Shown: positions 37,390-47,242 of the stretch, in pieces
How the letters are laid out: each line of letters starts with the position of its first letter
Numbering within the stretch: the first letter of the stretch is position 1
Virus record (IMG/VR): IMGVR_UViG_3300049182_000044
Coordinates: 128,001-192,000 of that record
DNA length: 64,000 nt
Strand: one strand, 5' to 3'
From: a virus
Taxonomy: Duplodnaviria > Caudoviricetes
Position numbers and translations under genes: made by a program
Notes under the pieces: model-generated
What the model saw: only the letters and a program-made list of their open reading frames with translations
The model's database searches: none
What the model was told of the DNA's origin: nothing

Positions 37390-37686
37390 CTACGCACCGT
37401 TGACTGTGCAATTCGAGCTGCCTTCCATGTTTGATGATCCGCACTCGATAGAATCACCAACCCTAGCCCGCGCTTTACCGCCGGACGTAGCGTTTGGGCT
37501 TCCAGTGGCCTGTACGCTGTCGTGGCAACTGTCGGGATCACAATGAGTTACCCAGTGATCACCGACGCGCACTACAGGCTTACCATTGACCGTATGATTC
37601 GTGCTAGCACTGTCACAAATTCGAGAAGGGAATCCTCCGTGTCCAGTGCACAGATCCACGTTTTGACGAACTTGAGCTGGACACAT
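37390..37686 (-). CDS. PAAR spike-tip protein
   Basis: D.C.GH, VNGKPVVRVGD...H, GKARARVGD..CG motifs; near the gp5-like gene. Confidence 0.85.
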   Translation of the reverse strand: MCPAQVRQNVDLCTGHGGFPSRICDSASTNHTVNGKPVVRVGDHWVTHCDPDSCHDSVQATGSPNATSGGKARARVGDSIECGSSNMEGSSNCTVNGA

Positions 37687-37688
37687 AG

Positions 37689-38552
37689 CTATATCCTTTT
37701 CTCACTTAATTTTCCTGAAGTCCAGCTTCGTTTAATTGCTGCACTTAAATTTTTAGAAATTTTTTCTCGTTGAGCTTGAGTTCTGTTAGCGCCGGCTTTC
37801 TTAGCTGCATCGGATCTGATTTTCCGCATCCGCGACTGGTAGTCAGGGTCAGCCTTTTTACAAACTATACAACTTACCGTATTACTACGAATCATACGCC
37901 AAGGTAGGCGTTCGATGACCGATGCACAGTCCGTGCATCTGTAGTTGTGCTTAATTCGAGCACCTTGATATTCACCTAGGAGTCTCCATTTTCCACACTG
38001 AGTCTCCTTCAGCTTTCTGGAATAGGTACGGGTAGTGTATTTTGTTTCAGTTGAACCACCACCTTTATGGCCAAGCTTCTTAGCACGTAATTCTTCTTTC
38101 TGCTCATCGCTCAAGGAGGCGTAGTGGCTCCGAGTGCGCTCTGCCTGAGCCGCTCTTTGAACCCTACTCCAAGAGTATCCAACGCATCCTTCACCACCAT
38201 TCGTATGGTTAGCTAGTGGCCCTTCTTTTAAGTCACGGCGGCCTATTACTGCTATAAGACGCTTTTCAAGATCAAAAGCTGCTTTTTCGGATACACATTT
38301 GAAGACCCTGTAGCTAGGTAGTTCCCCAGTTTCTTTCTGTATCTTCCGGATAATATTCAGCTTAAGTTTGTTGATTGTTTCTAGCCTAAGAGGATTATTG
38401 AAATGGGAGAACAAGCGTCCTCCCTTTCCCTTTCCGACGTAGAACGGCTCGTGTTCAAAACGATATTTCCCGTACTTACAAGAACCCTTGCGTGAGTCTA
38501 ACAGTACATAAACATAAAAGTCGTTCACGTCTTGTCGTACCTGAGCTGGCAT
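37689..38552 (-). mobile_element. Free-standing GIY-YIG-like homing endonuclease gene
   Basis: YVYVLLD...FYVGKG, LANHTNGGEG, C-terminal CxxC pairs. Confidence 0.75.
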
Positions 38553-38553
38553 G

Positions 38554-38967
38554 TCATGTTACCTTTCCATTTGTTACGAATCCGTGCCAGCCGCAGCCGC
38601 CCATCAAAAGGACTGAGCGGGCGCCACCGCCTGGTACAGCAGGATTATCGCCGTTCAACGTCAAGTCGTGGTAGCCAGTTCCTTCCAGAGTCCAACGTCC
38701 TGGACGAGGACCAATCTCTTCTGGAGTACCTCGGCTACGCGACCAACACATGACGCGATGAGTACCTTTGTCGCCACCGTTCTTTGTGAAGCACACAGGG
38801 CACAGGAACTGAATGCCCTGTGCTTCCTCGATGCTATCTACTTTATGGATCAAGCTGACGGGGCGAGTAACTTCCTTGATTTCCCCGTCCTCGTGCACCT
38901 TGAAGGTGTCCATTTTGTATTCGTGACGAATGAAGCTCGGTTTCAAATCAGTAAGATTCAGTTCCAT
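38554..38967 (-). CDS. Cys/His zinc-binding protein (DUF6527-like)
   Basis: FLCPVC...H...RW...GCGWHGFVTNG. Confidence 0.5.
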   Translation of the reverse strand: MELNLTDLKPSFIRHEYKMDTFKVHEDGEIKEVTRPVSLIHKVDSIEEAQGIQFLCPVCFTKNGGDKGTHRVMCWSRSRGTPEEIGPRPGRWTLEGTGYHDLTLNGDNPAVPGGGARSVLLMGGCGWHGFVTNGKVT

Positions 38968-38981
38968 GATTACCTCAGTGG

Positions 38982-39983
38982 TTAAATACCGCCGCCACCT
39001 CCGCCGCCTTGTTGCTGGTCATCTTCATCTTCAGGCTGATTTTCACCCTTCGCATTGCCTGGGAAGCCCGGCCAATCTTTTTCAGTAGTGAGATCAGGAG
39101 TTTCAGGAGTGTTTGCAGGATCTTGAGGTTGTGCAGGAGAATCAGGAGAAGGACTGCCCTCTTGATCTCGCATGAAGCCTGCGTTGTTGATCTGATCACC
39201 TGAAACTTCGATATTGGAGTTGCCTCCAGTTGAATGTTTCCAGTTACCACCAACAGACATCTTCGCGTCTGCGCCTACCGATTCTTCCTGCTTACCGCCA
39301 GTAGTCAGTACAACATCACCCTTGACTGTACCATTGAAGTTACCTTGAATGGTCTCAGCCTTATTGCCGCGAATGACTTCTGTCTGGTTACCGACGATGA
39401 ACTCTTCCTTGTTACCATGAATAATCTCTTTCAGATTACCCTTGATGTGAACTTCCTTGTTGCCTTCGATGACTTCAGTAACGTTGCCTGTGACTGTGAG
39501 CTGCGTGTTACCTTCGATGTACACCTTCATGTCACCTGGATTGCGAATGAACAGCTCATTCGTCTTGGTGTCATACAAGGTGATTGCTTTGTTTTGCAGA
39601 CGCATGGCGATAATACGATCAGGATAGTTGTGCTCCATCTCTTTCATCGCCGTTTTCTTGCTAACGGGATAGCCCATCCACATTGGATTGTCGTCCGATC
39701 CCTCCTGAAACACTAGCAGGACCTTCGATCCCACTTTAGGGATGTAGGCCATGCCAGAGTTTTTGGTAGCACCGTCCCAATGATCGAACATCGGGATGGC
39801 CCAAGGCAGGTGATCGTCTTCGATCCCATCGAACAGGATTGGTACACGCGCCTTGATTCGGCACATGTACTTTCCTTCCTTCTCCTTGCTATCGTCGTTC
39901 TTTACCACCGTGGCCTCGTACCGATATTCCTTAGTGAGGCCCTGGGGCATCGCCATGTCCCTGGAGATATTCAAGAGTGACAT
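38982..39983 (-). CDS. Baseplate central spike (gp5/VgrG-like, no lysozyme domain)
   Basis: OB-fold motifs R.KARVP...LPWA...P.VGS.V...F..G...P; 8-residue beta-helix repeats xExIxGNx. Confidence 0.85.
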   Translation of the reverse strand: MSLLNISRDMAMPQGLTKEYRYEATVVKNDDSKEKEGKYMCRIKARVPILFDGIEDDHLPWAIPMFDHWDGATKNSGMAYIPKVGSKVLLVFQEGSDDNPMWMGYPVSKKTAMKEMEHNYPDRIIAMRLQNKAITLYDTKTNELFIRNPGDMKVYIEGNTQLTVTGNVTEVIEGNKEVHIKGNLKEIIHGNKEEFIVGNQTEVIRGNKAETIQGNFNGTVKGDVVLTTGGKQEESVGADAKMSVGGNWKHSTGGNSNIEVSGDQINNAGFMRDQEGSPSPDSPAQPQDPANTPETPDLTTEKDWPGFPGNAKGENQPEDEDDQQQGGGGGGGI

Positions 39984-39995
39984 GATGTTCCTTTC

Positions 39996-42185
39996 TTATG
40001 CCATTGGTGTAGACCAAGCCGCGTCGTACATCTGATCTTCACGACGCTTCGCTTGTTCAGCTTCCCATTCCATACGCTGCACTTTTTGTGCCATCGTATT
40101 CACGGATGTATCAACCGCCATGTTAATCGAGCCGCGTGGGATCCATCTTGGGATTCGGTCGTTCGACTTAGCCAGCATTGCGCTAGTTAGTGCGCGTGTA
40201 ACTTGCTGCAGCGGTGTTGACAGGTACGAACCGGAGCGAGGTTGTTGATACTGGTTGTTCACCACGTTCATCATGTACTGCGGATTGCCTGTTGTTATCC
40301 TTTGCGGAACCGGCTTGCCTGTGTACGTTGAGAGCGAGGAGTTCCAGATATCAACCGAAGCTGCGGTACATACATTGAGGTTGTCGTGTGCCTGAGCATT
40401 AAGATCAATGAAGCGATCATACGCATCGCCACCACCTGGGTACTGAGAAATGTCTGAGCGATACTCTGGAAGTTGATGCACGATTGGACCCAGCACTTGA
40501 GTCATGTTCATCTGATTGCGCATACCACTCAGAGAGGCCGTGTACGAGTCCATGATACCGCCTGGACGCGACATAAGAGCCTGACGAACGCCTGGGTTCA
40601 TCCCATTGCGCGGGTCAATCACATGACTGCACATACCTTGCAGTTGCGAAGCACAGCCTTGCATTTGCTGAGACATTTGCTGAGAAGCATTTATGTAGTG
40701 CAGCATCGAAGGAATTGCTCCTACGATTTGCGCACCGAGCATACGCTTCAACGAGTCCCTGTTCATACCCATTGCCATGCCAGCGAGTGTTGTCGTGAGC
40801 ATCTGCATTGGAGGTAGCGCAAACTTCACAGCATTGGTCAATGTGGGCAACGTGCCCTTCATCGTACTGAACTGCTGCTCAACTGGAGCCGCAACATTAG
40901 CGTAGTTACGAACAGCAGGCAGCGTGCTCTGAGAAGTGTTGACCGTTGGATTGATCTGACTATCAGGAACCGTAGAGGCTGCTGACTGAGATGGAGATGG
41001 TGAACAGGACAATTCAGTTGCTCCTTTAGTCGGTAGTGAACGGCGAACGATCTCAAAACGTTCTGCATATGAGGAACCGTTCTTAACGAAGATCGTTTTG
41101 GCCACTACGATATAAATATCAGAAATCGTCAAAGGCTCTTTAGGATCTGCGTTTGCCTGACGATACAGAACTGGATCGAGCAGCTCGAGATCGGTTACGT
41201 CACCAGTCAAGATCGAAACGTGCTCAGTGAACAGTGCCATTGTGCGAATGTTCTGGTACTGCGCCTTTTGGTAATTCTTGTGCGTGTTACCGCAGTCCAA
41301 TGGCGTGTACTCAATACGAGCACGATCAACCGTCTTCTTCACCTTCGCATTGATCGGCAAATACTCTGAGCTGGTCTTTACGTCTACCTTGTCGTGAATT
41401 TCATTCTTACCCGCCAGCGTATTCTCAACGCGAGTCGAGCCGTAATTTTGCCAAGTGTTCATCAAGCCGGCGGTCGAACGAGGGCGTGCCTCGGACACAT
41501 AGATCGGCTGAAGATTCTTTTCTTTGATTAGCTCTGTGTCTGTGTTATGCAGGAACACTCGCTTGATCTTGTCGATGGGTGTTTCAACCACATCATTTAG
41601 ATTGCGGTACTTCAGCTGCCCCAACGAAGTGAGCATCGCCACCATAGTAGACTGTTGATCTACGTAGGCATGTCGCGTGATCTCCTGCACAAACATAGCT
41701 CGTGACTTGCACACGTTCCGCCACACTTGTGAGTCGTCTGGGTTCTGGCCGTTGGCTTCTTCGGGGCCACTGTAGCACAGCTTGCATTTGTCAGCCACCT
41801 TCTTCAACACATCACCAGTGTTACCCTTGTACGCTTCACGTACCGATCCAGTGAGGTAGCCGGGTGCATCGTAGATGCCGATCACTTGCATACCTGGACC
41901 ATATCCAGTTGTTACCTGCCTAACACCGAACACACGATACTGGCGGCTAACGCCTTTGATGTCCTCAATGTCTTTGCCGACAGTGATAGTGATCTCATTA
42001 CCATCTGTCAGCGCTAGCTCTTTATTCAAAGCGCCAGCATAGTCGAACAAGACGAGTTCGATGGCAGGTGACAACGCTCCTCCTCCCTCAGTCATGGTGA
42101 TCTTATGCACCAGTCCTGGGGAGAAAGGAACGTCTCTGCCGTCGATCTGCAGCTTGATGAATATACGCCCTTTGATGATAATCAT
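39996..42185 (-). CDS. Baseplate hub protein (gp27-like) with Q/M-rich C-terminal extension
   Basis: Position between gp53-like and gp5-like genes; beta-rich N-terminal ~390 aa. Confidence 0.5.
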   Translation of the reverse strand: MIIIKGRIFIKLQIDGRDVPFSPGLVHKITMTEGGGALSPAIELVLFDYAGALNKELALTDGNEITITVGKDIEDIKGVSRQYRVFGVRQVTTGYGPGMQVIGIYDAPGYLTGSVREAYKGNTGDVLKKVADKCKLCYSGPEEANGQNPDDSQVWRNVCKSRAMFVQEITRHAYVDQQSTMVAMLTSLGQLKYRNLNDVVETPIDKIKRVFLHNTDTELIKEKNLQPIYVSEARPRSTAGLMNTWQNYGSTRVENTLAGKNEIHDKVDVKTSSEYLPINAKVKKTVDRARIEYTPLDCGNTHKNYQKAQYQNIRTMALFTEHVSILTGDVTDLELLDPVLYRQANADPKEPLTISDIYIVVAKTIFVKNGSSYAERFEIVRRSLPTKGATELSCSPSPSQSAASTVPDSQINPTVNTSQSTLPAVRNYANVAAPVEQQFSTMKGTLPTLTNAVKFALPPMQMLTTTLAGMAMGMNRDSLKRMLGAQIVGAIPSMLHYINASQQMSQQMQGCASQLQGMCSHVIDPRNGMNPGVRQALMSRPGGIMDSYTASLSGMRNQMNMTQVLGPIVHQLPEYRSDISQYPGGGDAYDRFIDLNAQAHDNLNVCTAASVDIWNSSLSTYTGKPVPQRITTGNPQYMMNVVNNQYQQPRSGSYLSTPLQQVTRALTSAMLAKSNDRIPRWIPRGSINMAVDTSVNTMAQKVQRMEWEAEQAKRREDQMYDAAWSTPMA

Positions 42186-42199
42186 TTCGACTAGCCTTT

Positions 42200-42544
42200 C
42201 TAAATCGTGATAGTGCGCTGTACCCGGCTTGGGCGAATAGCGTTGTCTGTCACGATGGTAATCACTGCTGACATATTAGGAATTTTGATCATCTTGCCTT
42301 CAACGAGATCGCGATAGCTCGAAATCCCATTGTACGCCATGAGGATCCACCAAAACTCGTCCGACCTGTACTCTCGCAATGAGATCAAGTCTGGAGCGCC
42401 ACGTTCATCCTGAGTTACCTCGTGTGGCGTCCAAGTCTTGATCTGGGTAATCAGCGGTACGAGTCTGTCCAGTAGCGGGTCAACTCCGTGAATGTCAGAT
42501 ACGACGGAGAAGAGCCTTTGATACCTTGAGTTCATGTCACCCAT
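42200..42544 (-). CDS. Baseplate wedge gp53/LysM-like protein
   Basis: PDLIS...Y....WWILM.YNGI......G..IKIP; likely start 42544 with AGGAG RBS. Confidence 0.75.
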   Translation of the reverse strand: MGDMNSRYQRLFSVVSDIHGVDPLLDRLVPLITQIKTWTPHEVTQDERGAPDLISLREYRSDEFWWILMAYNGISSYRDLVEGKMIKIPNMSAVITIVTDNAIRPSRVQRTITI

Positions 42545-42554
42545 GTTCTTCTCC

Positions 42555-43274
42555 TTACATACCCGACATCTTGAACATCGCCTCAATGTCTTCGACAGTG
42601 AAGCACGCGTAGAAGCTCTCTACTTCAATGTTAATTACCATTGACAGCGGAATACCTTTCTCGTCGAACAGGGTCACCACGTCTGAGGAGACTCCGGTGA
42701 TGATAACGTCATCCAAAAGAAGATAGCGGCCAATCATCAACGAAATGCGACGCGATCCTTCCTTGTCTGAAATCATCTTGTCGCCGATGATTGGACCAGG
42801 CTGAACGAGAATGCTTCCGGCTACAGTGCTAGGCGCAGCTAACTGCAACAAGGCTTTGTGGCGTGCTCTGATCTCACGCTCGGAGTTCTCTTTCGCGTAG
42901 AACACAAGGTCGATACTGAAACGCAGCGCCGAAGTGCTCTCCCACACCTGAGCAGACTGATGCTTGAACTTCGTCGATACACCGGCTACCGCTGCAGCAC
43001 CGGATACAGCTGCTTCAGCCATCGGACCGCCGAACTTGTTGGCCGCTTCTGCTACATAGTTTTTCGAGAAAGCTGGTGCCCACGACGAGCTAAAGTTGAT
43101 ATTGAATCGCTCAGGTAGAGCTGCCTTGATCGGGAAGACCCCTTGATTCAATTCAAGAATCTTAGAGTCCCCTCGAACACGCAACTCGACCTGGTAGTAG
43201 TCATGCACTACAGAGCCACCGGGACTTGACCCTGGCGGCTGTGCCGTACCAGCATTGAAGACTAAACCAGCCAT
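42555..43274 (-). CDS. Tail tube initiator (gp48/gp54-like)
   Basis: Position after tape measure; W.....F.I.L.F, IT.V....D..G.PL motifs. Confidence 0.55.
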   Translation of the reverse strand: MAGLVFNAGTAQPPGSSPGGSVVHDYYQVELRVRGDSKILELNQGVFPIKAALPERFNINFSSSWAPAFSKNYVAEAANKFGGPMAEAAVSGAAAVAGVSTKFKHQSAQVWESTSALRFSIDLVFYAKENSEREIRARHKALLQLAAPSTVAGSILVQPGPIIGDKMISDKEGSRRISLMIGRYLLLDDVIITGVSSDVVTLFDEKGIPLSMVINIEVESFYACFTVEDIEAMFKMSGM

Positions 43275-43285
43275 ACTACCTCCAA

Positions 43286-46153
43286 TTAGACATGCCCGAT
43301 GTTAAGCAGGACAAGTCCTAGATCGTTAATGTACATCGGCACTTCAGCCAGGGTAGGTTCACTCGAACCCCCGCCTTGACCGCTAGGTGCTGCTGCAGTC
43401 TGTTGAGCAGGAGGTGGAGCGTTCTCTACCGCTGCGATGCGCGCTGTCGATTGAGGCTCTGAAGGCGTTTGCGGGTTGACCATCGGCAATTGAGAAGGGC
43501 GAGCTTCGGCGACCGCTACATGGCCGACTTTAACATCGGAAGCCATCGGCGTCGTTGGGCTTGCAACCTGCTGAGGACGGGAAGCGGTAGGCGTAACACT
43601 GTTCAATTGCGCAGTGCGTGCTTCGTCGATCTTCCCTTCCTTCAATGCAACTGTCTTGCCGTTGACAGCACCTACTGCCTTTGCCTTCTTCTCCAGAGCC
43701 TCATCCTGAGCTGCAAGACGATCGTACTCTTTCTCTGCCCAAGTCTTAGGCTTGTCATCAGCCTTCATTGCAACCTTCGTACCTTCAGGAGGCGTCTCAC
43801 CAGACTTGTAGCCCTTCTGAGCGAGCTGAGTATCCGTCGGCGTATAACCCTTCGCTTTAGCATCATCAACCTTAGCGGCCAACGTAGTCATCGACTGTGC
43901 AGCACCCTTAGCATAGTCAGACACCTTCGTGCCGTTAGCATCTGTCGAGTCCTTGCCTTTGAGGAAGTAATCGTTTGCACCACCAGTGCCTTTCAAGTGA
44001 GCGGCCTTGGCATACGCAGCGATATCAGCAGGAGTTGAATTGGCAGTCAGTGCGCCGCTCTTGTAGCCAGCTTCGATGTTCGCATTCGTGTACTTAACGA
44101 ATGTGTCATCTTGCAGCTGCTTGTTCTTCAAGAACTCCTCACGCCCACCTTCATTCTTCCAGTTCTTGTTGTCGGCCATGAATTTTTCATGACCTCCATC
44201 CTTGTACCAGCTCTTACCCTGCTTCTTGTAGTCAGCCTTAGCTGCTGCAAGACGTTCCTTGTCGATAACTCCTTGGTCTGCCAGTGCATCTGCACCGAAC
44301 TGATACTGACCCGCGAAGCCGTACTGATTGACGATACCGAGCTTACCACCGCTCTCAGTCTTCATCACGTTACCAGCATAAGCCTTCGTTTCAGAGTCGG
44401 ACATACCTTTGAGGCCAGTCTTTGCAGAGAAGCCCATTGCAAGATCAAGAGAAGAAGCACTACCCTTCTTCATGTCGTATGCAACGGAGGAGCCTGCGTT
44501 CGCAACACCTTCTTTCAACGCACCACCGGCTTGGGCGAAGCCCTGTCCAACTTTGGTTGCTGTACCAGGAACGGATTTCAAAGCACCTGCAACACCTTCC
44601 TTCTGATAGCCTTCTTTAACTTGTGCTGCAGCGTTCTTGATACCGCCCCAAACAGCTGCGCCTGCATTGCGAATACCGTCTCCAAGTTTGCCACCAGCGT
44701 TCTCCACCATATCAGTGAAGTCGGTGATCTTCTCACCTAGTGCGCTGAAGGTTCCGGCTAAGGACGGGAGGATATTGTTCTGCCACTCGTTGACGAATGC
44801 ATTACGCGCATCTTCACTGAAAGGCGTCATTGCAGTAACAGCTGCGAAGCCCAACACCTTTGCGAAGCGGCTTTGTTTAACAGCGTCGGCCGCACTTGAG
44901 ACCGCATCAGAGGTACGGCTAACTATACCGTCCTTCTCATGCAGTTCTTTGTAGATATCAACGTTGTCTGCAACCTTACGGCCAAGCCATGCTGCTCCAT
45001 CTGCAACGTGACCACCTAGTGAGGCTCCGTATGCTGCACCTGCGCCACCGCCTAATACGCCGCCTATCACACCACCCGCACCTTGAATCGCCAAGTGAGC
45101 TGCTGAAGCTGCCTTAGTAGCGCCATCACTCGTGCTGTCCATCAAAGTGCCTACGTGAGGAGCCGCATTGTACGCCGCGTCAGCACCTGCAGCCCATGGA
45201 GCAATACGACCAAGTACCGACACACCGGGAATTCGGCCAACTACTTCAGCAGCTTTACCTAGTGCCTGCCCACCAGTCCTAAGCAGGCCTCCATTGTTAC
45301 TCACTCGACCCGCTACGTTTGTGGCGCCTTCAGCTACGGTGGTCATCGCCGAACGACCGAAGCCACGAGTTGCGTTCCAACCAGCCCTAATCTTTCCGCC
45401 GCGCGTAGTAGGAACACGGCTGCGTCCACGGCCTCGACCACCGCGGCGACGACGGCCACGTCCGCGATCACGATCATAGTCGTAATCAATATCGGGGTCA
45501 TCACCGTAGTCAATCGGGTCGAAGATATCAATTGCCTTATCGAGGATGCCGCCCTTTCCTTGGCGGCGACGCTGACGGCGCTTCTTGTCCAGCATACGAC
45601 CGAGAATGCTAGGCTTGTCGCTTCCAGAAGACTTGGATGAAGTGTCCTTCATATCCTTGCGCATCTTCTCGATAGCATCAACTATCGCCTTGCTCTGATC
45701 CTTGAAGATCGTATGCATACGGCTCAAGCCTTCATTGATCTGGCCATTGCCCTGCTTTTGAATCTTCAATTGAGCATCCGTAGCGCGCTGCTGCTTGCCT
45801 TCGTCTTTTGCCTTCTCACGACGCTGCTCTGCCCTTTGTGCGGTCTCTTTCGATTGCGCTTGCTTCTGCTGAAAACTCGCTAACTCTTTTGCAGCACGAG
45901 CCTCAACGCTAGCACGTTCCTTCGTGGCACGTCCTTCGATCTTAGCGCGTTGAGCATCCAGCTGACGCATCAATTCAGTTTGCTTCTTTGGGGAAGTTAC
46001 AGGCGCAGAAAGCGCCCCTGAGGACGCTCCCTGGTGCTTCTGCAAAGATGCGGATAGGCGCTTGACGTAGTTCTCAGGCTTGTTTTCGCGTTCTTGACGT
46101 AATTCTTCGGATCGTTCCCTGCGCTTTTCAAGAAACGTTTTCTCCCTAGCCAT
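43286..46153 (-). CDS. Tape measure protein with lysozyme-like domain
   Basis: Charged coiled-coil N-terminus and Ala/Gly helical region; KTESGG...AGQYQFG muramidase-like motif; follows the tail chaperone. Confidence 0.7.
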   Translation of the reverse strand: MAREKTFLEKRRERSEELRQERENKPENYVKRLSASLQKHQGASSGALSAPVTSPKKQTELMRQLDAQRAKIEGRATKERASVEARAAKELASFQQKQAQSKETAQRAEQRREKAKDEGKQQRATDAQLKIQKQGNGQINEGLSRMHTIFKDQSKAIVDAIEKMRKDMKDTSSKSSGSDKPSILGRMLDKKRRQRRRQGKGGILDKAIDIFDPIDYGDDPDIDYDYDRDRGRGRRRRGGRGRGRSRVPTTRGGKIRAGWNATRGFGRSAMTTVAEGATNVAGRVSNNGGLLRTGGQALGKAAEVVGRIPGVSVLGRIAPWAAGADAAYNAAPHVGTLMDSTSDGATKAASAAHLAIQGAGGVIGGVLGGGAGAAYGASLGGHVADGAAWLGRKVADNVDIYKELHEKDGIVSRTSDAVSSAADAVKQSRFAKVLGFAAVTAMTPFSEDARNAFVNEWQNNILPSLAGTFSALGEKITDFTDMVENAGGKLGDGIRNAGAAVWGGIKNAAAQVKEGYQKEGVAGALKSVPGTATKVGQGFAQAGGALKEGVANAGSSVAYDMKKGSASSLDLAMGFSAKTGLKGMSDSETKAYAGNVMKTESGGKLGIVNQYGFAGQYQFGADALADQGVIDKERLAAAKADYKKQGKSWYKDGGHEKFMADNKNWKNEGGREEFLKNKQLQDDTFVKYTNANIEAGYKSGALTANSTPADIAAYAKAAHLKGTGGANDYFLKGKDSTDANGTKVSDYAKGAAQSMTTLAAKVDDAKAKGYTPTDTQLAQKGYKSGETPPEGTKVAMKADDKPKTWAEKEYDRLAAQDEALEKKAKAVGAVNGKTVALKEGKIDEARTAQLNSVTPTASRPQQVASPTTPMASDVKVGHVAVAEARPSQLPMVNPQTPSEPQSTARIAAVENAPPPAQQTAAAPSGQGGGSSEPTLAEVPMYINDLGLVLLNIGHV

Positions 46154-46211
46154 GTCATTGCTCCAATTCTGTAAGTACCTTCGCCATTAAATTCCGGATA
46201 GCGTACTCTGT

Positions 46212-46403
46212 CTATCGTGATCCCGCCCGAGTGGGTTTGGCCGCAGCTGCTCTTGCGGCCAGTTCTTCCCGTTCCTTCTTATACTTCGAGTAGGAATACA
46301 ACAGGGTTTTACTAGGCATGTCATCGTTTGGCTGCATGTTGCGAAATTGCGCCAGCTCATTCTGCATGTCTAGTATGGCCTGTTCGGAATTTATCGGAAA
46401 AAA
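46212..46403 (-). CDS. -1 frameshift extension of the tail assembly chaperone (gpGT-like)
   Basis: Slippery T TTT TTC at 46403-46397 leads into this frame: FFPINSEQAILDMQNELAQF... Confidence 0.65.
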   Translation of the reverse strand, partial: FFPINSEQAILDMQNELAQFRNMQPNDDMPSKTLLYSYSKYKKEREELAARAAAAKPTRAGSR

Positions 46404-47227
46404 CTTAACGCGTCGATCTTCAGCGTGTGCGGAACGTTCTTGCGGCACCGGCGGCATGTGAGCTTAGTGGTCTCAACGATACCGTGAATCACCAGCTCGT
46501 TGATCGCAGCTGCATCGTCGAAGATCTGGCAGTCTTGCTGCTCTTCGAGGAATGCAATCTTGTCAACCAAAGTTTCGCACTTGACCGGCTGGCCGTTCTT
46601 CATGATCTCGTTGGTGGACGAAATCCATTGCGCAGCACCGATAATCAGTTGCAACTCCGGATTGGCCTTCGCTTCTTCGAGTTCACCGAGGATAGCCACA
46701 CGCGGGAAATCAAACAGCGTGCTGCCCTCTTCGTTGATGCCCTCAAAGTCATCCTCAATACACAGGATGTCCACATCGGTCATGTGAATGATTTCGCTGT
46801 TGTGGGTCTTGCAGACCTCAACGTCGTATGCGTCTTCATCCTCTTCGGCAGGCTCTTCAAACGTTTCATCGTTGAAGATCAGCGCCTTTGTCTCTTTGTG
46901 GATCAAGACCGGCGAATGGCAGTGCCACTCAATTATGTAGGGCGTCTTGGGCATCGAGTGAATGCGCAACCACATCAGGATGTAGTAGAAATCGCCAATG
47001 GTCAGCGAGTAAGCGTCTTCGGTCATCACCAGGTCAACAGCACGAATCAAGTGGCTGTAGTCTTTGAGCATGGCAGCCTTAGAGATCAGGCGCAGCTCTT
47101 TGACCGTAAATGGGCGAACGTAGAGTTTCTTGTATTCATACGGGAAAAAGTTCGACGGCAGATTGCCAATGTCTTGATAACGTCCATCGGTCAATACAGC
47201 ACGGAGTCCAGCTTCATCGTATTTCAT
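46391..47227 (-). CDS. Tail assembly chaperone / hub assembly protein (gp26/gp51-like)
   Basis: LPS....Y....YVRPFTVKE, terminal CxxC...SFFR; between tube and tape measure genes. Confidence 0.7.
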   Translation of the reverse strand: MKYDEAGLRAVLTDGRYQDIGNLPSNFFPYEYKKLYVRPFTVKELRLISKAAMLKDYSHLIRAVDLVMTEDAYSLTIGDFYYILMWLRIHSMPKTPYIIEWHCHSPVLIHKETKALIFNDETFEEPAEEDEDAYDVEVCKTHNSEIIHMTDVDILCIEDDFEGINEEGSTLFDFPRVAILGELEEAKANPELQLIIGAAQWISSTNEIMKNGQPVKCETLVDKIAFLEEQQDCQIFDDAAAINELVIHGIVETTKLTCRRCRKNVPHTLKIDALSFFR

Positions 47228-47242
47228 TTTGCGCTTCGCTTT

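Noticed and set aside
37689-38552. Group I intron interrupting the PAAR gene
   Set aside because: The endonuclease ORF fills the whole interval, leaving no room for an intron core, and PAAR has its own RBS, start and duplicated N-terminus.
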